Part shown: piece by piece, positions 1-13,456 of the stretch
How positions within the stretch are numbered: the first letter of the stretch is position 1
Layout of the letters: every line of letters begins with the position of its first letter
DNA from: Tubiluchus corallicola
Lineage: Eukaryota; Animalia; Priapulida
Assembly: GCA_030141605.1 (NCBI GenBank)
Contig: JAQGDQ010000055.1
Location: 248,001-312,000 of the forward strand
Direction: 5' to 3'
DNA: 64,000 nucleotides
Program-made: the position numbers and the translations under genes
The notes under the pieces: generated by a model
The model's database searches: none
The model's input: only the letters and a program-made list of their open reading frames with translations
Told to the model about the DNA's origin: nothing

Positions 1-1936
1 GTAAGCTAATAAACACGTGAATTGAAGTAATGAGGTTTTTTTTCTATCCAGCATATAAAACAAAAATCAAACTGTGAAATAACTTTGGAAGTGCATTGTA
101 CTCCGTAATTTGTGATATACACTTTTTAAGCTTAACGTGGTAGTTCAAGTCAACAATCGAGCTAACAATGTAGGAAAATTATTGCTACTGTAGACACTGG
201 CAAACACGTAGTACTTATAATTGATCATTACTAATTACTAAATAACCAGTGAAACTCGAAAGGCAGGCCTGTCTTGTTCGTTTGCCGAGCAGCCCTCTAA
301 GGAAAGTAAGTGTTCGTCGACCTCATGGCTCGGTCAACAACTTACAAAGACAACACGCATGGATAAACTGTAGTTAGACTACAATGACAATAGCCTCTGC
401 TTTTGCCAAGGGAAGTGCTATCTTCAAGTTATTTTTTTGAGAAAAACCATTCGGCCATCTGTTGAGGGGACGCGCTTTTTTGTAGCGAAGACCTTGTCGC
501 CTGTTCCAAGCATTTTCAACTGTTTGTTTAGTTTTCTTGTGGTATATAAAACTACTGAAGTGTTGCGACAACATTACACCTAATCCTTGGAATTTCGTCT
601 AAACAGACCTCTTCGTTTAAATATATTGCCTGCTAGACTTTCTGACGAACTTGCCAGAGAATTACCACGTTTGAAAGCGTCCTTGAATTCTCGACTAATC
701 AGCTTTTAGTGTTGATTTTGCGTTTCCCTGTTAGAAATTAATCGTTTCGAAGTTTTTAGGTTGTCCTCGACTGTGTTGTTGTCATGAGCATCCTCATCTG
801 TTTACACAAGTTCTCCATTTCACGCTTGCAGGGTTGTTCTCTTTTTTGTGTTGTACAAGTAATATTAAAAGTGCGCAACCCTAGCTTTCTTTAGTTTAAA
901 TATTAGTACTTGGCGAATTCCACCTTCTGTCCTTTATGAATCTTCTTGATCCCACATGGTGAGTAAAAAATAATTCCCTTTGTGCTTTTACTATTCCAGT
1001 GTTGTGCTTTTACTACGTACTTGTATCATTTCCAATGTGATATCCTTTTATCTGTTTACAAAATTAGAAACAAAGAACTCCTAGCAATTAGTTTTACTAA
1101 TTCTAGTAAATGTGATTTTTTTCTTTTTTGCCGTTTTACGTTCGCCTGAGCACAGTGGTAGTTTGAGACGTTGTGCCCTTTCGTCAGTTGTTTTTAATCG
1201 TGTGATTTTTATTCATAGCCGCCATTCGTGTGATTAAGAATTAATCTGCACTGTGCCATGTGATGATCATAGATTAGCAGAGAATAGACTAGAATTTTCG
1301 GGAGCTGCTCAACTGGTTCGGGGAAAATTTGTAGTTACGATTTTTGCTCCACCTCAAACGTGTTTATTTTGCTTTATTTCCTTATACAGTTCAACATCTA
1401 CAAACTGGTTATCAGCAATCAACTGGGCCTACATATTACGTTAATGGATGTGACGTCCTGGAATCTGTCTTGTTTTCAAGGATAAAACTAAAAAGCGTAA
1501 TTTTGCACTGATAAGAAGTTGGTCTTTCCCATATTTGGAAGCGTGTACATCCTTCCTTCACCAGGTCAACAGTAGTATGGCATTATGGTAGAAGAAAGCG
1601 CCTGGAATCAACTTTTTATTTGGTCACCATTTACTTACTTCCTAAATCTAGATTTGCCTAACTTTGATCGCTATGCATAAGCACACGCTGTGGCTGCTCA
1701 GATGTTCCGATGTCCAATGCAGTAAAACTATTAGAAAGAGATAGATGGAGTTAGTTAAATCTTGTTGTCTGTCCAGAGTTTTGGAAAAATAGCATTAATA
1801 ATCACACTAAAAAATTTTCCAGAGCATACTCTATGGATGAGAGTTTCTTGGAAAGTTCTGCGAGGAGGTACCAAGCATAACTCCTCCACTTACACAACCG
1901 TCAATTCCTCTTAAGTTAGCTACGCACATCGCACAA

Positions 1937-2085
1937 ATGACGAAAACAGTTACCAGACACAAAAGATTGATTCTTTACTTTAGTATAGGATTAAATCTTG
2001 TGTTTCTGGCGTCCCAGTTATTACTGGGCCAGCATGAGACAACGAAGTACAGCAGGAGCCTGCATCGGGTGGTCTTTAACCAAAG
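1937..2085 (+). CDS. Galactose-3-O-sulfotransferase-like, coding exon 1 (cytosolic tail and type II membrane anchor)
   Basis: ATG at 1937 opens MTKTVTRHKRLILYFSIGLNLVFLASQLLLGQ...VVFNQ (basic tail plus hydrophobic stretch). Donor AG|GTATG after 2085 is phase 2 and joins exon 2 in frame. Confidence 0.7.
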
Positions 2086-2510
2086 GTATGTTGGCAGTCT
2101 TTGTATGACTTAGTAGTATTTAGTCAGAGGTACGTTGGCAGTCTTTGTATGACTTAGTAGTATTTAGTCAGAGGTATGTTGGCAGTCTTTTGTAAGACTA
2201 GGTATATAACGAGAAATATGTTGGCAATGTTTGTTATGAGTGGGTAATGTTTAATCAAATGTATGCTAGCATTTTTTGCATAACTGTGCAGTATTTAACC
2301 AAATGTATGTCTGCATTCTTTTGTATGACTGGATAGTATATAACCAAAGATATGCTGGCAATCTTTTGTATGAGTGTGATGGTATTTAACTTAAGGTATG
2401 CTAGTATTCTTTTGTATAGCCCCGGTTGTGTTTAGCCAGACCTAAGTTGGCAAATTTTTGTATGACTGGGAGTGTTTAACCAGGCGTACGTTGGCAAAGT
2501 TTGGTATGAC
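2066..2510 (+). repeat. About 44-bp minisatellite (about 10 diverged copies) whose first unit overlaps the exon 1 splice donor
   Basis: Recurring unit approx. ctgggtagtatttaaccaaaggtatgttggcagtctttgtatga. Confidence 0.85.
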
Positions 2511-2697
2511 TGACTGATCTTTCATTGCACGCCTATTCGCTGTAGACTGAAATCTCATACTGGTACCTGCAGTTATTGTGCTGTTTTAATAACCCGGTTT
2601 CAGGGCACTGAAATGAAAAGTCGTTAAAAATATTTTTTACCTTGCAGAATTGCTTAAAAATCGCTATGAACTTTTGCTATTTTTATTGATTTTGCAG

Positions 2698-2854
2698 AAG
2701 TCCGCTTGGGTTGGAAATGCCATTGTCGTTTTCGATCTCACCTGATAAAGAAGCTTCTAGTACAACAGTTGCCAAACGTTGTGAAGAAGTCATACATTTC
2801 GTATTTGTTAAAGTTCACAAAGCTGGGAGTGATACATTAGCCGTTATGTTTCAG
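2698..2854 (+). CDS. Galactose-3-O-sulfotransferase-like, coding exon 2 (5'-PAPS-binding motif)
   Basis: Acceptor TTTTGCAG ends at 2697. Encodes ...CEEVIHFVFVKVHKAGSDTLAVMFQ, matching the GAL3ST F-x-K-x-H-K-x-x-S-x-T motif. Donor CAG|GTAGG, phase 0. Confidence 0.85.
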
Positions 2855-2956
2855 GTAGGTTTAAGAACAAATTTCAAAAGTTACACGTTTTTTATGTTTA
2901 GTAACTTGTTAAAAAACCGTAGTTATTACAAAAAGAAAATATACGCGATTAGACTA

Positions 2957-4502
2957 TAAGCCTTTTCACAGTTCCGGCGATTGATGATGATCGTGAAATA
3001 CACTTGACAACACCTCGCAGCCTATGCTATGAACAGTTTTAACAGAAAGCTAGTTAAAACCTTACCTAGTTAATTTTTTCTTGCTCCCAAGCAAGATCCT
3101 GCTTGTAAATTACTCTACGCGCAGACTAATGATAATTAAGTATAGTCCACTGTTGGGAGCTAGTAGATTTTTATGGTGGGGGTGCAACTCTTTACCTCCC
3201 AACTCATCCACAAATCTGACTACCCTGTCGCGTCATCTTTTATTCACAATAAAAGGGTTGTGCAACATACGTGGGCGGTTGTTGTCCTACAATTTTCCAG
3301 AGGGCAACAAGGCATATGAACCAAAAATTTCAACGACACAGGTATAATTAATATGTCTTTAGAGAGGTTGCAATGTCGAAGGGCTCACTTGAAAAACCAG
3401 CGGGTCTAAGGCTTGATGTTACGTTTTACGGGGGTTTACTTAGGCATTATGGTTTTCCATGTTGACCATGACATACATAGATTCCAAACATTCCAACAAC
3501 AAAATCTTTTATGAAATGGAGGAAAAGATTATGATTAGGTTTACTATTTTTATTTACTTTTTACTCTGTTTAGATAAATCAGAACAGGTAATATTATCAA
3601 TAACAGTTTCGCATAAAAGCAGTTAATAATAACAAAAATGACAAAGTGAAAAGAAAACAAAATGTCTACTTATCAGTTAACCCTTCCCCTGAGAGGACAA
3701 GGACATGGGAGAGGAGTCCGCGGACGTAGCTCACTCCAGTCAGTCACAGCAACACATCAACGACTTCAAGTCTATGGCTATAACAATCAACGGTGATGAC
3801 GCCGGCTGCAGCACCAATCAAACATGAACTAAGGAATGGCTCACAAGTCTCTGTGGTTGACTCAGGATACGTCCACAATCCACAACGTCTGGACACTGGT
3901 GGCTAGTCACGCATTTCCATGTAGTTTAGAATAAGACACATCGTAGAAAGTTCCAACATCTCATCAGTCTGAATAAGGGTCCATCCACAACATCAAAACT
4001 GAAGTCGTTTGGTATCACCACTGATAGTCTCTTTATGTTAGATCAGTCAAATAGTAGATGTGCACAAGTTTAGTGCTTCAAAGACTCTTATAATCAAGTT
4101 TAGGATTTCAACCATTTTTTGTAGAGTAAAGTTAAAGTTAAGAGTTAACGCATTTTAGCTGCTTTCAGATTCAGCAGTTACACTGTACTCTCCTGGATAT
4201 CTGTGTCATGCACTTTCCAAGATCATGTTATGCATGGATAGGTTATAGTATATTACGAAAGGAGGGGTGATAGGTAGGAAGCCCTTCCCACACACTATAC
4301 TACAGCAAGATCTAGTTTAGCTATGTGTAAGAACCTTACATCCACGTAAAACAACTGAAGTTACTGAACTGACGTGGCAGACACAGCTTTGCCTTACACA
4401 CATGTCACGTGACGGTTGTAGTTAAGGCGCGTTGGTGTGGTACAATTAACGTTTGATCTACAGCAACTGCGCCTGCACACAACGAAACTGTGAAAAGGCT
4501 TA
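2957..4502. mobile_element. MITE (TIR TAAGCCTTTTCACAGTT; PIF/Harbinger/ISL2EU-like) interrupted by a nested insertion
   Basis: TAAGCCTTTTCACAGTTCCG at 2957 and CGAAACTGTGAAAAGGCTTA ending 4502. The two halves are collinear with the uninterrupted copy at 17614-18009. Confidence 0.75.
3151..4340. mobile_element. Probable solo LTR (about 1190 bp) nested in the MITE
   Basis: Starts TGT and ends ACA; flanked by 5-bp direct repeat TCCAC (3146-3150, 4341-4345). The uninterrupted MITE copy has a single TCCAC at the equivalent site (about 17857). Confidence 0.7.
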
Positions 4503-7500
4503 CTGTCCACACTTCTGTACGAAAATAAATTGAGTACTTTTGCATAAATTGTTACCGCTAGAATTGGATCTTGAATATTATTTTATCATGTAGCCTTTAG
4601 TGTACTTTTATTACTAATTTTCAAGGTAAGATAATAAAAACTGCAGTATTGGTATGCTGGTATCTGCATACTTTCAATTCCCTTGTCGTAGTGCCCCAAG
4701 ACATTCTTACTGTCTGTCATTAACCTTTTCACCTGCTTAATATTACACATGTGCGCCATGTGAATCCTCTTGTTATATAACGTGCCTTGATTTTTGACCT
4801 GAATTTATTATGTCATTGACACCAAATTTTTGTTTAAATAATCTGGAGCAATAAAAATTGAAGAAAAGTAAGGTTTAATGCCATTAATACCACAATATTT
4901 ACCAAAAATTTCGCTGTAATGTGATTTTTTTTAAAGTTTGCATTAAGAGGCAATGCATTTATGTGGGACTTGTATACTACATGTAGTTATGTGGTTTAAG
5001 TGCAGGCAATTTAAAAAAGGTACTTTTATAATACAATTTATAAACGCCTTCACGAGCTTTTAAGCTATATAAAATAATTACATGTATTGGGGCTACATAA
5101 GTTTGTCAGTGGTGGTGCGCCTTCACAACTTCACAAGTGAATATAAGTTTTATTTGAAATATATAGAAAATGCCCTCCTTTTACGTTCCGCACGTCTACC
5201 ATTGGTCATTGATGACCAAATTTAACAAAAAATATCTTTGCGAGGGGGAGATGGGCACCCCCCTCTGATATCCGAGGAAAGCGCTTATTTCAGACAAGAC
5301 AGACAACCTGCAAATAATAAACGCAGGCAGGCGAAAACAAATGCTTCAGACACAAGGATAAATCAGAATTCTAAACGCTTTTATTAAAACTTATAAAGAT
5401 ACAAAATAACACAAAATTCTTTGTAAAAAAATTTTAACACAAAAGCGGTTTTGTTTCCGTCTACAAATGTAGTTCCCAACTCCTCCGCCTCCCTGCCAGA
5501 TAGTTCCATATTAAAAAAAAGGAAATTGTTGTTCTCTATGTTCCTCGTGAATATTTAACTGACTCGCGACAAAATAAGCCCGAATGGGCTAGTACAGGCT
5601 GAAGTCTGGGGCCCCAAACTTGAGGGGCACGCTAAAAGATTCAAATGTAATTCTTGTTTTTGAAAAATGAGTTTAGCATTTTAATATTATTCCTGAATGC
5701 ATTTAACTTCGACTTTTTTCATAAAATTCTAACTTTAAAAAAGGAGGCCGGGTAGTATGAAAACCAAAATGTTAAAAAAGTGGCCTCTGTTGACAAGGTC
5801 CCACCCATAATTTTATTAGCCTAGGGGCCACGAAAGCAAACAATAGCTTCAAAGAGATGATTTCCAAATTTGGAAGGCTGTAAATTTATAAGGCCGTGTT
5901 TCAGAACAGTTTTTAATAGAAGTTAGCTTGTTGGAAGTCAGACTACTATCTCTGCATTTCTGTAAGGAGGTTTTTGTAAGACAGTACAGTATAACCTGAA
6001 TAACTTGAAAGCGCTTTATTATCAAAACAGGAAGCGATCAGTAAAAATATTTTAGGTAAACTGAAAGGAGGGAGCTGCTCATTACGTAGCAAACTGTTGG
6101 AATGATAAGAGTTCATTCATTAATCATACAGTAGATGGCACTGTAATGTTATAATTTATTTGGCGCCGGAGTGCACGTTCATTGTTTTTGTTTCAGACAA
6201 TAATCAATGGAGATCCAGTCACTTGTATCAGGTTTTATTTCACTTATATTAAACAATCCTGCCATCGCAACTGTCGAATATAACTGTTTTGTAATCGATT
6301 CTTTGACTGATATCAACAGTTAAGGAAATTTCTAGTTAATCACAGGAAATCACAGTTAAGTGAAATCATAAATGAAATACAATAGACCGTCTTTAGTCAG
6401 TTTGACTTACACGTCAAATATACAAAGTGTCGCTATGATTGATACAGGTTTGCTTCGCTGAGTTTCTTATATAAACTGAATGAAAACTTAACGTTCATTT
6501 AATATGCATTAGTGCATTCCGGAAAAGTTAAGAAATCAGGTAATGTAGGGCGTTGTACTGCTGTAAAAACATTTGCACCTGTTATTTTAAAGCTGTGCTA
6601 TAACTTTCATAATCTTTTATTGCCTGGTGCCCTGGAGGCAAGTTGAAAGGTACATCAAAATTTTGTAGATAAGGTTAACTGCAGAAAATTTGACCTAGAA
6701 CTGCTGAAACAAAATTATAAGCAGGTGGTTTATAAACTGCAATTTATTTTTCTGATGCAAAAAGGGATCTATTGCATGTTAAAATAAATGCCGGTCACTT
6801 GATTTTTGACAAAAGAAATCATTTACTTTGACAACCATTGAACAAAAATTTACAAAATCTAAACGTAACATCATGGTATGCAAAATTTAAAAACAAAATA
6901 TTTTAGTATTCAAAAATGGTAACTGAAATCATATAATTTGCAGATTTTAGGTGGTTGTGTTCTGTGATTCTGTGTATTCTATGTAAAGAAGTGCCTCTTA
7001 TGTGCTTGTACTTGAATTTGTTCCAAAGTCACTGCCACGTATCTTTGAAGCTGCAATGTGCTTTTCCTCTGGATCGTTCGTAAAAACGTTATTGACTAGC
7101 TAATTACAACTTTACATCCTATCCAAGAACCAGATTCCAAGAAATGTTGTGAGACACTTATATTTCAACTTGTTAGCTTTGCACCTGTCACGCACAGGGC
7201 TACCTGTAGACCTAAACGACTGACAGACAACCTGTAACAGCAACGAGCAAAAAAATTCCTGACTTTCCGTGACTATTTCCGTTCATTAATCCTGCTATTT
7301 TCTGTCATTATGACTATGTAAACAATCACAGAAATCATCTGTCTAGAAGTTGCAAATTATGTCACAAAAACTGCCGTTTTAGTACTGAGCATTTTGTTTT
7401 TAAAATTTGTATACAAAATAGCACGAAATTAGTTACCTATTTTTTATAAAAACTTATCAAACTTTTGGGGGAAATTGACAGTGCGCTGCTTTTCTTCAAC

Positions 7501-7870
7501 CCAGAGACGTCATTGGCTGAAGAATGGGCATTAAAAATGGGAGCGCCCAAACATTGAATGATCGCGGCTTTTAGGTGATTTTACTATTACATGAGGCGCT
7601 TATTGCAGTTTTATCACTAAATGCTAAAATTTTTCACGAACACTGAAATAAACTTAACTTTCTAGAAGGCTTGTCCTTACCTTTAAACTGCATAATATGA
7701 TTGCAATTATTCTTTTTCCAAAAGACGGGTTAGCAATTTTTTTTTAAACTAGGGTATTTTAATCCAATTAGAATCCAAATTGTAAAATCGGTAATTCAAA
7801 TGTCATGTCCTGTTTGGTTGGTTGTTCTCTTCTTAATCTTGAAAATAACATTTGCTTCTGATCATTTCAG

Positions 7871-8899
7871 AGATTTGGACATGAGAGGAATTTGACTTTC
7901 ATACTTCCCACGCACGAGTGGGACCTTCGCTGGCCATACAACATGCGCCAGAAAGACTACCTTCCTCTAAAGACGAAGGAGTTCAACATACTCACCTATC
8001 ATTGTCTATACAATAGGACGTTAATGCGTCATTTGATGCCAAAACAGACCAAATATATTGCCATACTCAGAGAACCGTACACCCAATTCAAATCTGCCTT
8101 CAATTACTTCAATCTTGCGGGCAAAATGAAGGATCGGAATATCTCCCGACTTCATCCGTCTGAAAATTTCGACTTGTTCTTATCCAATCCAGACTTCTAC
8201 GCCAAACAACTGAAGATTCGGTATCAGCCGAATTTTATTGCGTTCGATCTCGGATATCCACCAGAAGACCGAAACGACTTGCACAAAATTTTCCTGTTTG
8301 TCAAACAACTGGACATGGACTTTGACTTGATGATGATCATGGAGTATTTTGAAGAGTCTTTGGTTCTTTTACGGCGACAGTTCTGTTGGCCATTGAGGTC
8401 CATACTTTACATTTCCAAGAACGTGCGAAAGTACAAGAACTTCGTCACCAAGACTAATGTGAACGACGAACATGAGGCATACTACCGGTTGTTGCACCGA
8501 AAATGGAGTCAAATTGATTACATCTTATACGATCATTTTAACGAAACTTTCTGGAAAAAGATGGCGTCACATAGTGATATTAATGAAGAAGTGGCATATT
8601 TTAAAGAACTTAACACGAATGTGACCACTTACTGTATGACGCCCTTGAACAGACGGGAAAAGTTTTACAAAGTGGACTCTTGCAAATGGACAGAAACATT
8701 CATAGTTAAAGCAGATATGTGTGAGCGCATGAGAAATCATGTGCTTGGTTATATAAAAGTTTTAAAAGGCGTTTACAATGAAACAGTGCCAATAACTCAG
8801 GTAAACTCTTCAAGTAGTTCTGGTCAAATCTGTACACAGAATGGACAGGACCCGCTACCAAAACATTGTCTTGTAAATAAACATTTGACTAATGTATAG
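7871..8899 (+). CDS. Galactose-3-O-sulfotransferase-like (GAL3ST family), terminal catalytic exon
   Basis: Acceptor TTTCAG ends at 7870, then RFGHERNLTFILP in frame with ORF 7892-8899. Contains YIAILREPYTQFKSAFNYF, NFIAFDLG, FDLMMIMEYFEESLVLLRRQFCW and DYILYDHFNETFW, all typical Gal-3-O-sulfotransferase motifs. Confidence 0.9.
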   Translation, partial: RFGHERNLTFILPTHEWDLRWPYNMRQKDYLPLKTKEFNILTYHCLYNRTLMRHLMPKQTKYIAILREPYTQFKSAFNYFNLAGKMKDRNISRLHPSENFDLFLSNPDFYAKQLKIRYQPNFIAFDLGYPPEDRNDLHKIFLFVKQLDMDFDLMMIMEYFEESLVLLRRQFCWPLRSILYISKNVRKYKNFVTKTNVNDEHEAYYRLLHRKWSQIDYILYDHFNETFWKKMASHSDINEEVAYFKELNTNVTTYCMTPLNRREKFYKVDSCKWTETFIVKADMCERMRNHVLGYIKVLKGVYNETVPITQVNSSSSSGQICTQNGQDPLPKHCLVNKHLTNV

Positions 8900-9777
8900 C
8901 ATTAGTGTGCTCATTTTGTTGTCAAAGTAGCACTTTTGCTCCAAATGTTCTGAATGGTGACAAGAAATCATTATTTGTCATGGGATCATTGTGATATGAG
9001 TACAAAAAACAGATTGCTTTGCAGCGTCCCCTGTTAGCAGACTTAGTAAGTATCAGGCAGCGTTCAGTGAACCATGGCCCATTAATGCAGTGTGATCATA
9101 GAGGTGTGATCATCTGCTAAACAACGACGAATTGTCTTGACATAAAATTGTAAACAAAGTTGTTTGATAAAATAATAATTGCGTGACAATAATTTGTGCA
9201 CTGAAATTGAAAAACTGTTAGAAAACGAGATGCATGTGCTAACAGAAACAAGAAAACAACAAAGACGACATTACCCAATGGTGCTTTGATTGTTGTTTTA
9301 AATGTATTAACGATTTTTCTTTTATGTTTTGACTGCGATTATCAGTGTTCGTAGATCACGATGGAAATTACTACAAAATTATTAATGTGTTTTTATGAAA
9401 GGTGTGCCCAAATGTGCTTGTATAAATTAATGTTAAAATAATAATAATTGTTAAATGTTTGAAAAATTAATTAGCATATTAGATTTATAATAATTGATCT
9501 ATGGCAGTTTGGAAAAAAGATGATATGTCAGCAGGCAATTAGCAAATAAATGTATAATTAAAATCACCCTGGTTGTTACAAATATATGAATAAACACGTT
9601 CATTAGATCAGCACGGGTAGAAATAAATTTTAAGTAACATTTTCGTAATAATATGATTATGCATTTAATTTTGCTTAAATCAGATGTTGTAGTATTGTAA
9701 GTTTATCAAATATTACCGCAATCATAAACGTTTTTTGTTGCTCTGTGGGCATCAGTGTCCAGGTGGTGGTAGTCCAG

Positions 9778-10408
9778 GCTGGAGGCTGCAGAGTAGACAA
9801 CACATTTAACTAGTTCATAAAGCAAACCCGGATCCAATCTTAAACTGTAGGTAAAAATAATCTGCTCTTTAAAATATTGAAAGGAAACATACTATTTTTT
9901 AAAATAACTTACGCGAAAAAACATCACTACACAAACACAATTTCACGTTCGCACCACTAGTTCTTCGCTGTTACATGCATTTCGCTATTCGTTAGTTAGA
10001 CGGGCACTAGTTCCTGCATAATTTCGGTCACTCGTTGCACAAAAAACAGGCGCTGTAGCTCTCAATTCGATAGCTCATGCGTGAGCACAGCGGTAAATTT
10101 GAAATTTGAATTTTTATCTTAAAACATGCCTAGTTTTAGTACAACACACTGAATATCTTACAGTAGCAATGTACTTCAACATTCGCGTTGCAACATGTGC
10201 ACCACGCTTGTGGAATATTTTTGCTGCTGAAAATTATGTTAGTTTGTGATGTCATCAATAGTTGGGTTCGCCTGCCGTTAATTAAGTCTTTAACCTATTA
10301 TTTAAGTATCAGAAGCGCTTTTGCAGTATTAATTTTTATTAAAATGTATATCTTTTATCGGACTTGAAAATGAGGTAGTATATGAAAAATCATCCTGTCT
10401 TCCTTCAA
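9778..10408 (+). mobile_element. Dispersed repeat family A copy 1 (Kolobok-like non-autonomous DNA element fragment)
   Basis: Shares long blocks (e.g. GGACTTGAAAATGAGGTAGTATATGAAAAATC) with 18985-19440 and, inverted, with 42462-43113. Confidence 0.7.
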
Positions 10409-10537
10409 GTAGTTGAAAAGTAAAACGCCTTAATTTCGAAACAGAATTTTTAGAGCCAAACAGGAATGTCTTACCGAACTGTTGTTTGAATGCTAGAAAA
10501 AACAAGTAACACTTAACCAGTATGACACAGACAAATA

Positions 10538-10674
<137 letters not shown>

Positions 10675-10804
10675 TATTTCAGGTTATAAAACATTCTATA
10701 ATTATACAAATGTTTACAAATTTACAGAAAAACTGAAATAGAACTGACCGCATAAAATAATTACAAATTCAGTAAAGTTAATACTCCTAAAGGTTATAAA
10801 TTAA

Positions 10805-11253
10805 CCCTTTCAGTCCCAAATTATTTTTTTAATAAGAAAACCTTTTTTGGCATGGTGCTTTTGTTCAGTATGTCCATCTTGTTTACACATAATAATAATG
10901 TTTTTTCTACCTGTGCCCGCGTGCTAAATATAGCCTGCATCCCACGGGATACATTGGGATTCAATGGAAGCATGAAATGTGCTTCATTTTGCAACTGCTG
11001 ATAATTTAAGACATTTAGTATGCATGCTATGCTGATCTGTACAAAGTCGTCTCTAAAATGCTGAAACCTTGCGCAGTTTTTATGCTATGTAGATTTTCTA
11101 GTTTGCCATTTTATCACCATTTTTAGTCTATTGTTATTGGCTTAAATAAAAATAACTATTAACAGATCAAATGACTGTCAGTTTGAAAATTTTATTAATT
11201 TTAAAGGCAGAAAATATTCTCGTATCCCACAGGATACAACGGGTATGAAAGGG
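10805..11253. mobile_element. piggyBac-like MITE
   Basis: TTAA|CCCTTTCAGTCCC ... GGGTATGAAAGGG|TTAA: TTAA TSD and CCC...GGG TIRs. Internal repeated motif ATCCCAC(G/A)GGATACA at about 10939 and 11224. Confidence 0.8.
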
Positions 11254-11687
11254 TTAAGAAGCTGAAAATGTTCAGTCCATAATTTGAACATTTATGAATC
11301 ATCATGTTTTACATGCGATTTGTATATCACATTAGAATTCACAACTTTGACTACATTGATGTTATTTAAAAGCAACAATAGATTTCTAAGATTCTATTCA
11401 CATTTTCTACGTAAACGAATAAATTGTGATAGTCGGAGGTACGTGCACTTATCAGGGGTGCATTAAAATCAAATCTTAATTTGAAGATTTTTGTATTTCA
11501 TTGTTATTATGTTAACCGGATAGAGTTGAAAGCACCTACATTGTATCTAATCCATCTACTACTACAATAGTAATTAGAACAACACCTCTTAAACAGCATC
11601 TTTTGAACATAAAAAGGGGAACTTGAAAATTTCCTAAGCAAAGACTTGACAGGTACAAGTATGACAAACTTTTTATTTGTTTTCATT

Positions 11688-12232
11688 TTAAATCTCCCGC
11701 GATGCTGTTCCGATCGCGCCATTATATGACGTCATATACGCACAACATAAATCAGGGGAAGAAAAGGTAATGTTAGACTATGTCGCAAAAAACTTTCCAT
11801 GCAAAGTTATATTACTTAGCATTTCACTTACCTGCTTAAAGATTTAAGTAACTAGAAAAGAAAATTATTAATTATTTAAAATGTTTTCACCAATTGCTAA
11901 AATGTTGTTGACTCACTTCCAAGGTGCACCACTCACTAGCCAAAAACGTATTTTTAATCTTATTGATAAGATACAGTGATTTAAAATTTTACTTAGTCAG
12001 TAACGTGTGCGCTACGAATGCTCTGATTATTTTTTTCAAACTTTACTCAGTGTTATCTTAACTTGTTTCAATTGACTTATCGTCAAAATGGCTGCGTCTA
12101 ACGGTCATCGCGGGAGTTTAAATTTACAAGTTTTACATAGCGGTGCCGCCGATGCAAGCTCTGTATTGAAAAAGGTAATATGTAAGTGGTATAAAATTTC
12201 AAGTCGAATTTTTCAAGCTTTATGTAAGTGGA
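11688..12232 (+). mobile_element. Dispersed repeat family B copy 1 (unclassified non-autonomous element)
   Basis: Collinear similarity with 20420-20980 and 24325-24985 (e.g. TAAATCAGGGGAAGAAAA, AAAATGGCTGCG, GTAAGTGGTATAAAATT). Confidence 0.7.
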
Positions 12233-13456
12233 GGGTTTTCTTGTGCTTTAACATATCTTTCAGCTGTACTTCGCTATGTATGCTTCACTATGTATACAAA
12301 TGAATACACTATGAATATACTATGTATAGAATAATAAATTCTACAGATTGCCCATTTTGACTGTAAACAATATCTAATAACTACAAAAATTTGAGGGAAC
12401 TTGTAATGAAATTTTTGAAGTAGTCAAGGACATTGTTGATTTAGATAATCATCAGTATGGTTTTCTTACAAAAATAAAGTTAAAAAACTTCTATTATTAT
12501 TAAAAACTGAACTGCCAGGAAAAATGATTTTAAATGTAATTTTGACCTATAAACGTTCGAGCAACTGCTTTTAGTCGCTTGGTAAGTAGAGTTATTCTAT
12601 ATACATACACGAATGTTTTATAAGCCCAAATATTTACATATTTACATCATTTATAATAAAATGTTGAAGTAAAATGCATATGTTGAAGGAAAAGAAAATT
12701 CTTTTGAAGTGAAGTACTTATAGGGAAAATTGATTTGTTAGTCGTTTATCGTACATGAGCTGTGTATTTTGGGATTGTTAGAGACTACAGATTAGTGAAT
12801 TTAATTTTTAACGTTAATTTTTGTTATGTGATTTAATGTTTTTGTTTCTCGACTTTTCTAATGCTACTATACCGTAATATTTTTACTCCTTTCTTGAAGT
12901 ATTTCAATGCAGATTTTACTTTCACTCTGTAAACCATTATGAGAGACAATGCGTTTAGCTGTGTTTAGACGTCACCATTTTTGCAACAAAATCTTACCTG
13001 TTCTATTACCTTTTTTAATTTTTCAATATTGTTCCAGGAACTTGTTAGCGAACAGACAAGTCAGACCGTATCAGCACGCAAACTTTTGACGAGTTTTTAG
13101 TTGTCTGTAACAAACTTAGATTTTTGCAATTTTAAGTAACAGCCGATATTCACATGTGCAATTTAAAGAGTGTGAAAACACGCAAATGTTTAAACCAAAT
13201 TATTAAACACTAGTAAATCGAAGACAGAGTTTGAAAAATGTTTATTACGACTGCATTGAGTATAACGAACATAACGAAACAATCCAACTTTTCTCAAGTT
13301 TTTTTATCGACAAAAATATAATAGATGGTGATGAAGATGATTAATCTTTTATTTTAAAATATATATACACTTGAGTAGGTCTCTACGTGTGTGCGAAGTT
13401 TAACTTAATTACACATACTTATATACGTTGATACATTAGTTATACAATGAAAATAT

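Noticed and set aside
1-1822. Upstream exons or promoter of GAL3ST (window starts with GTAAGC)
   Set aside because: Non-coding exons cannot be supported without transcript data.
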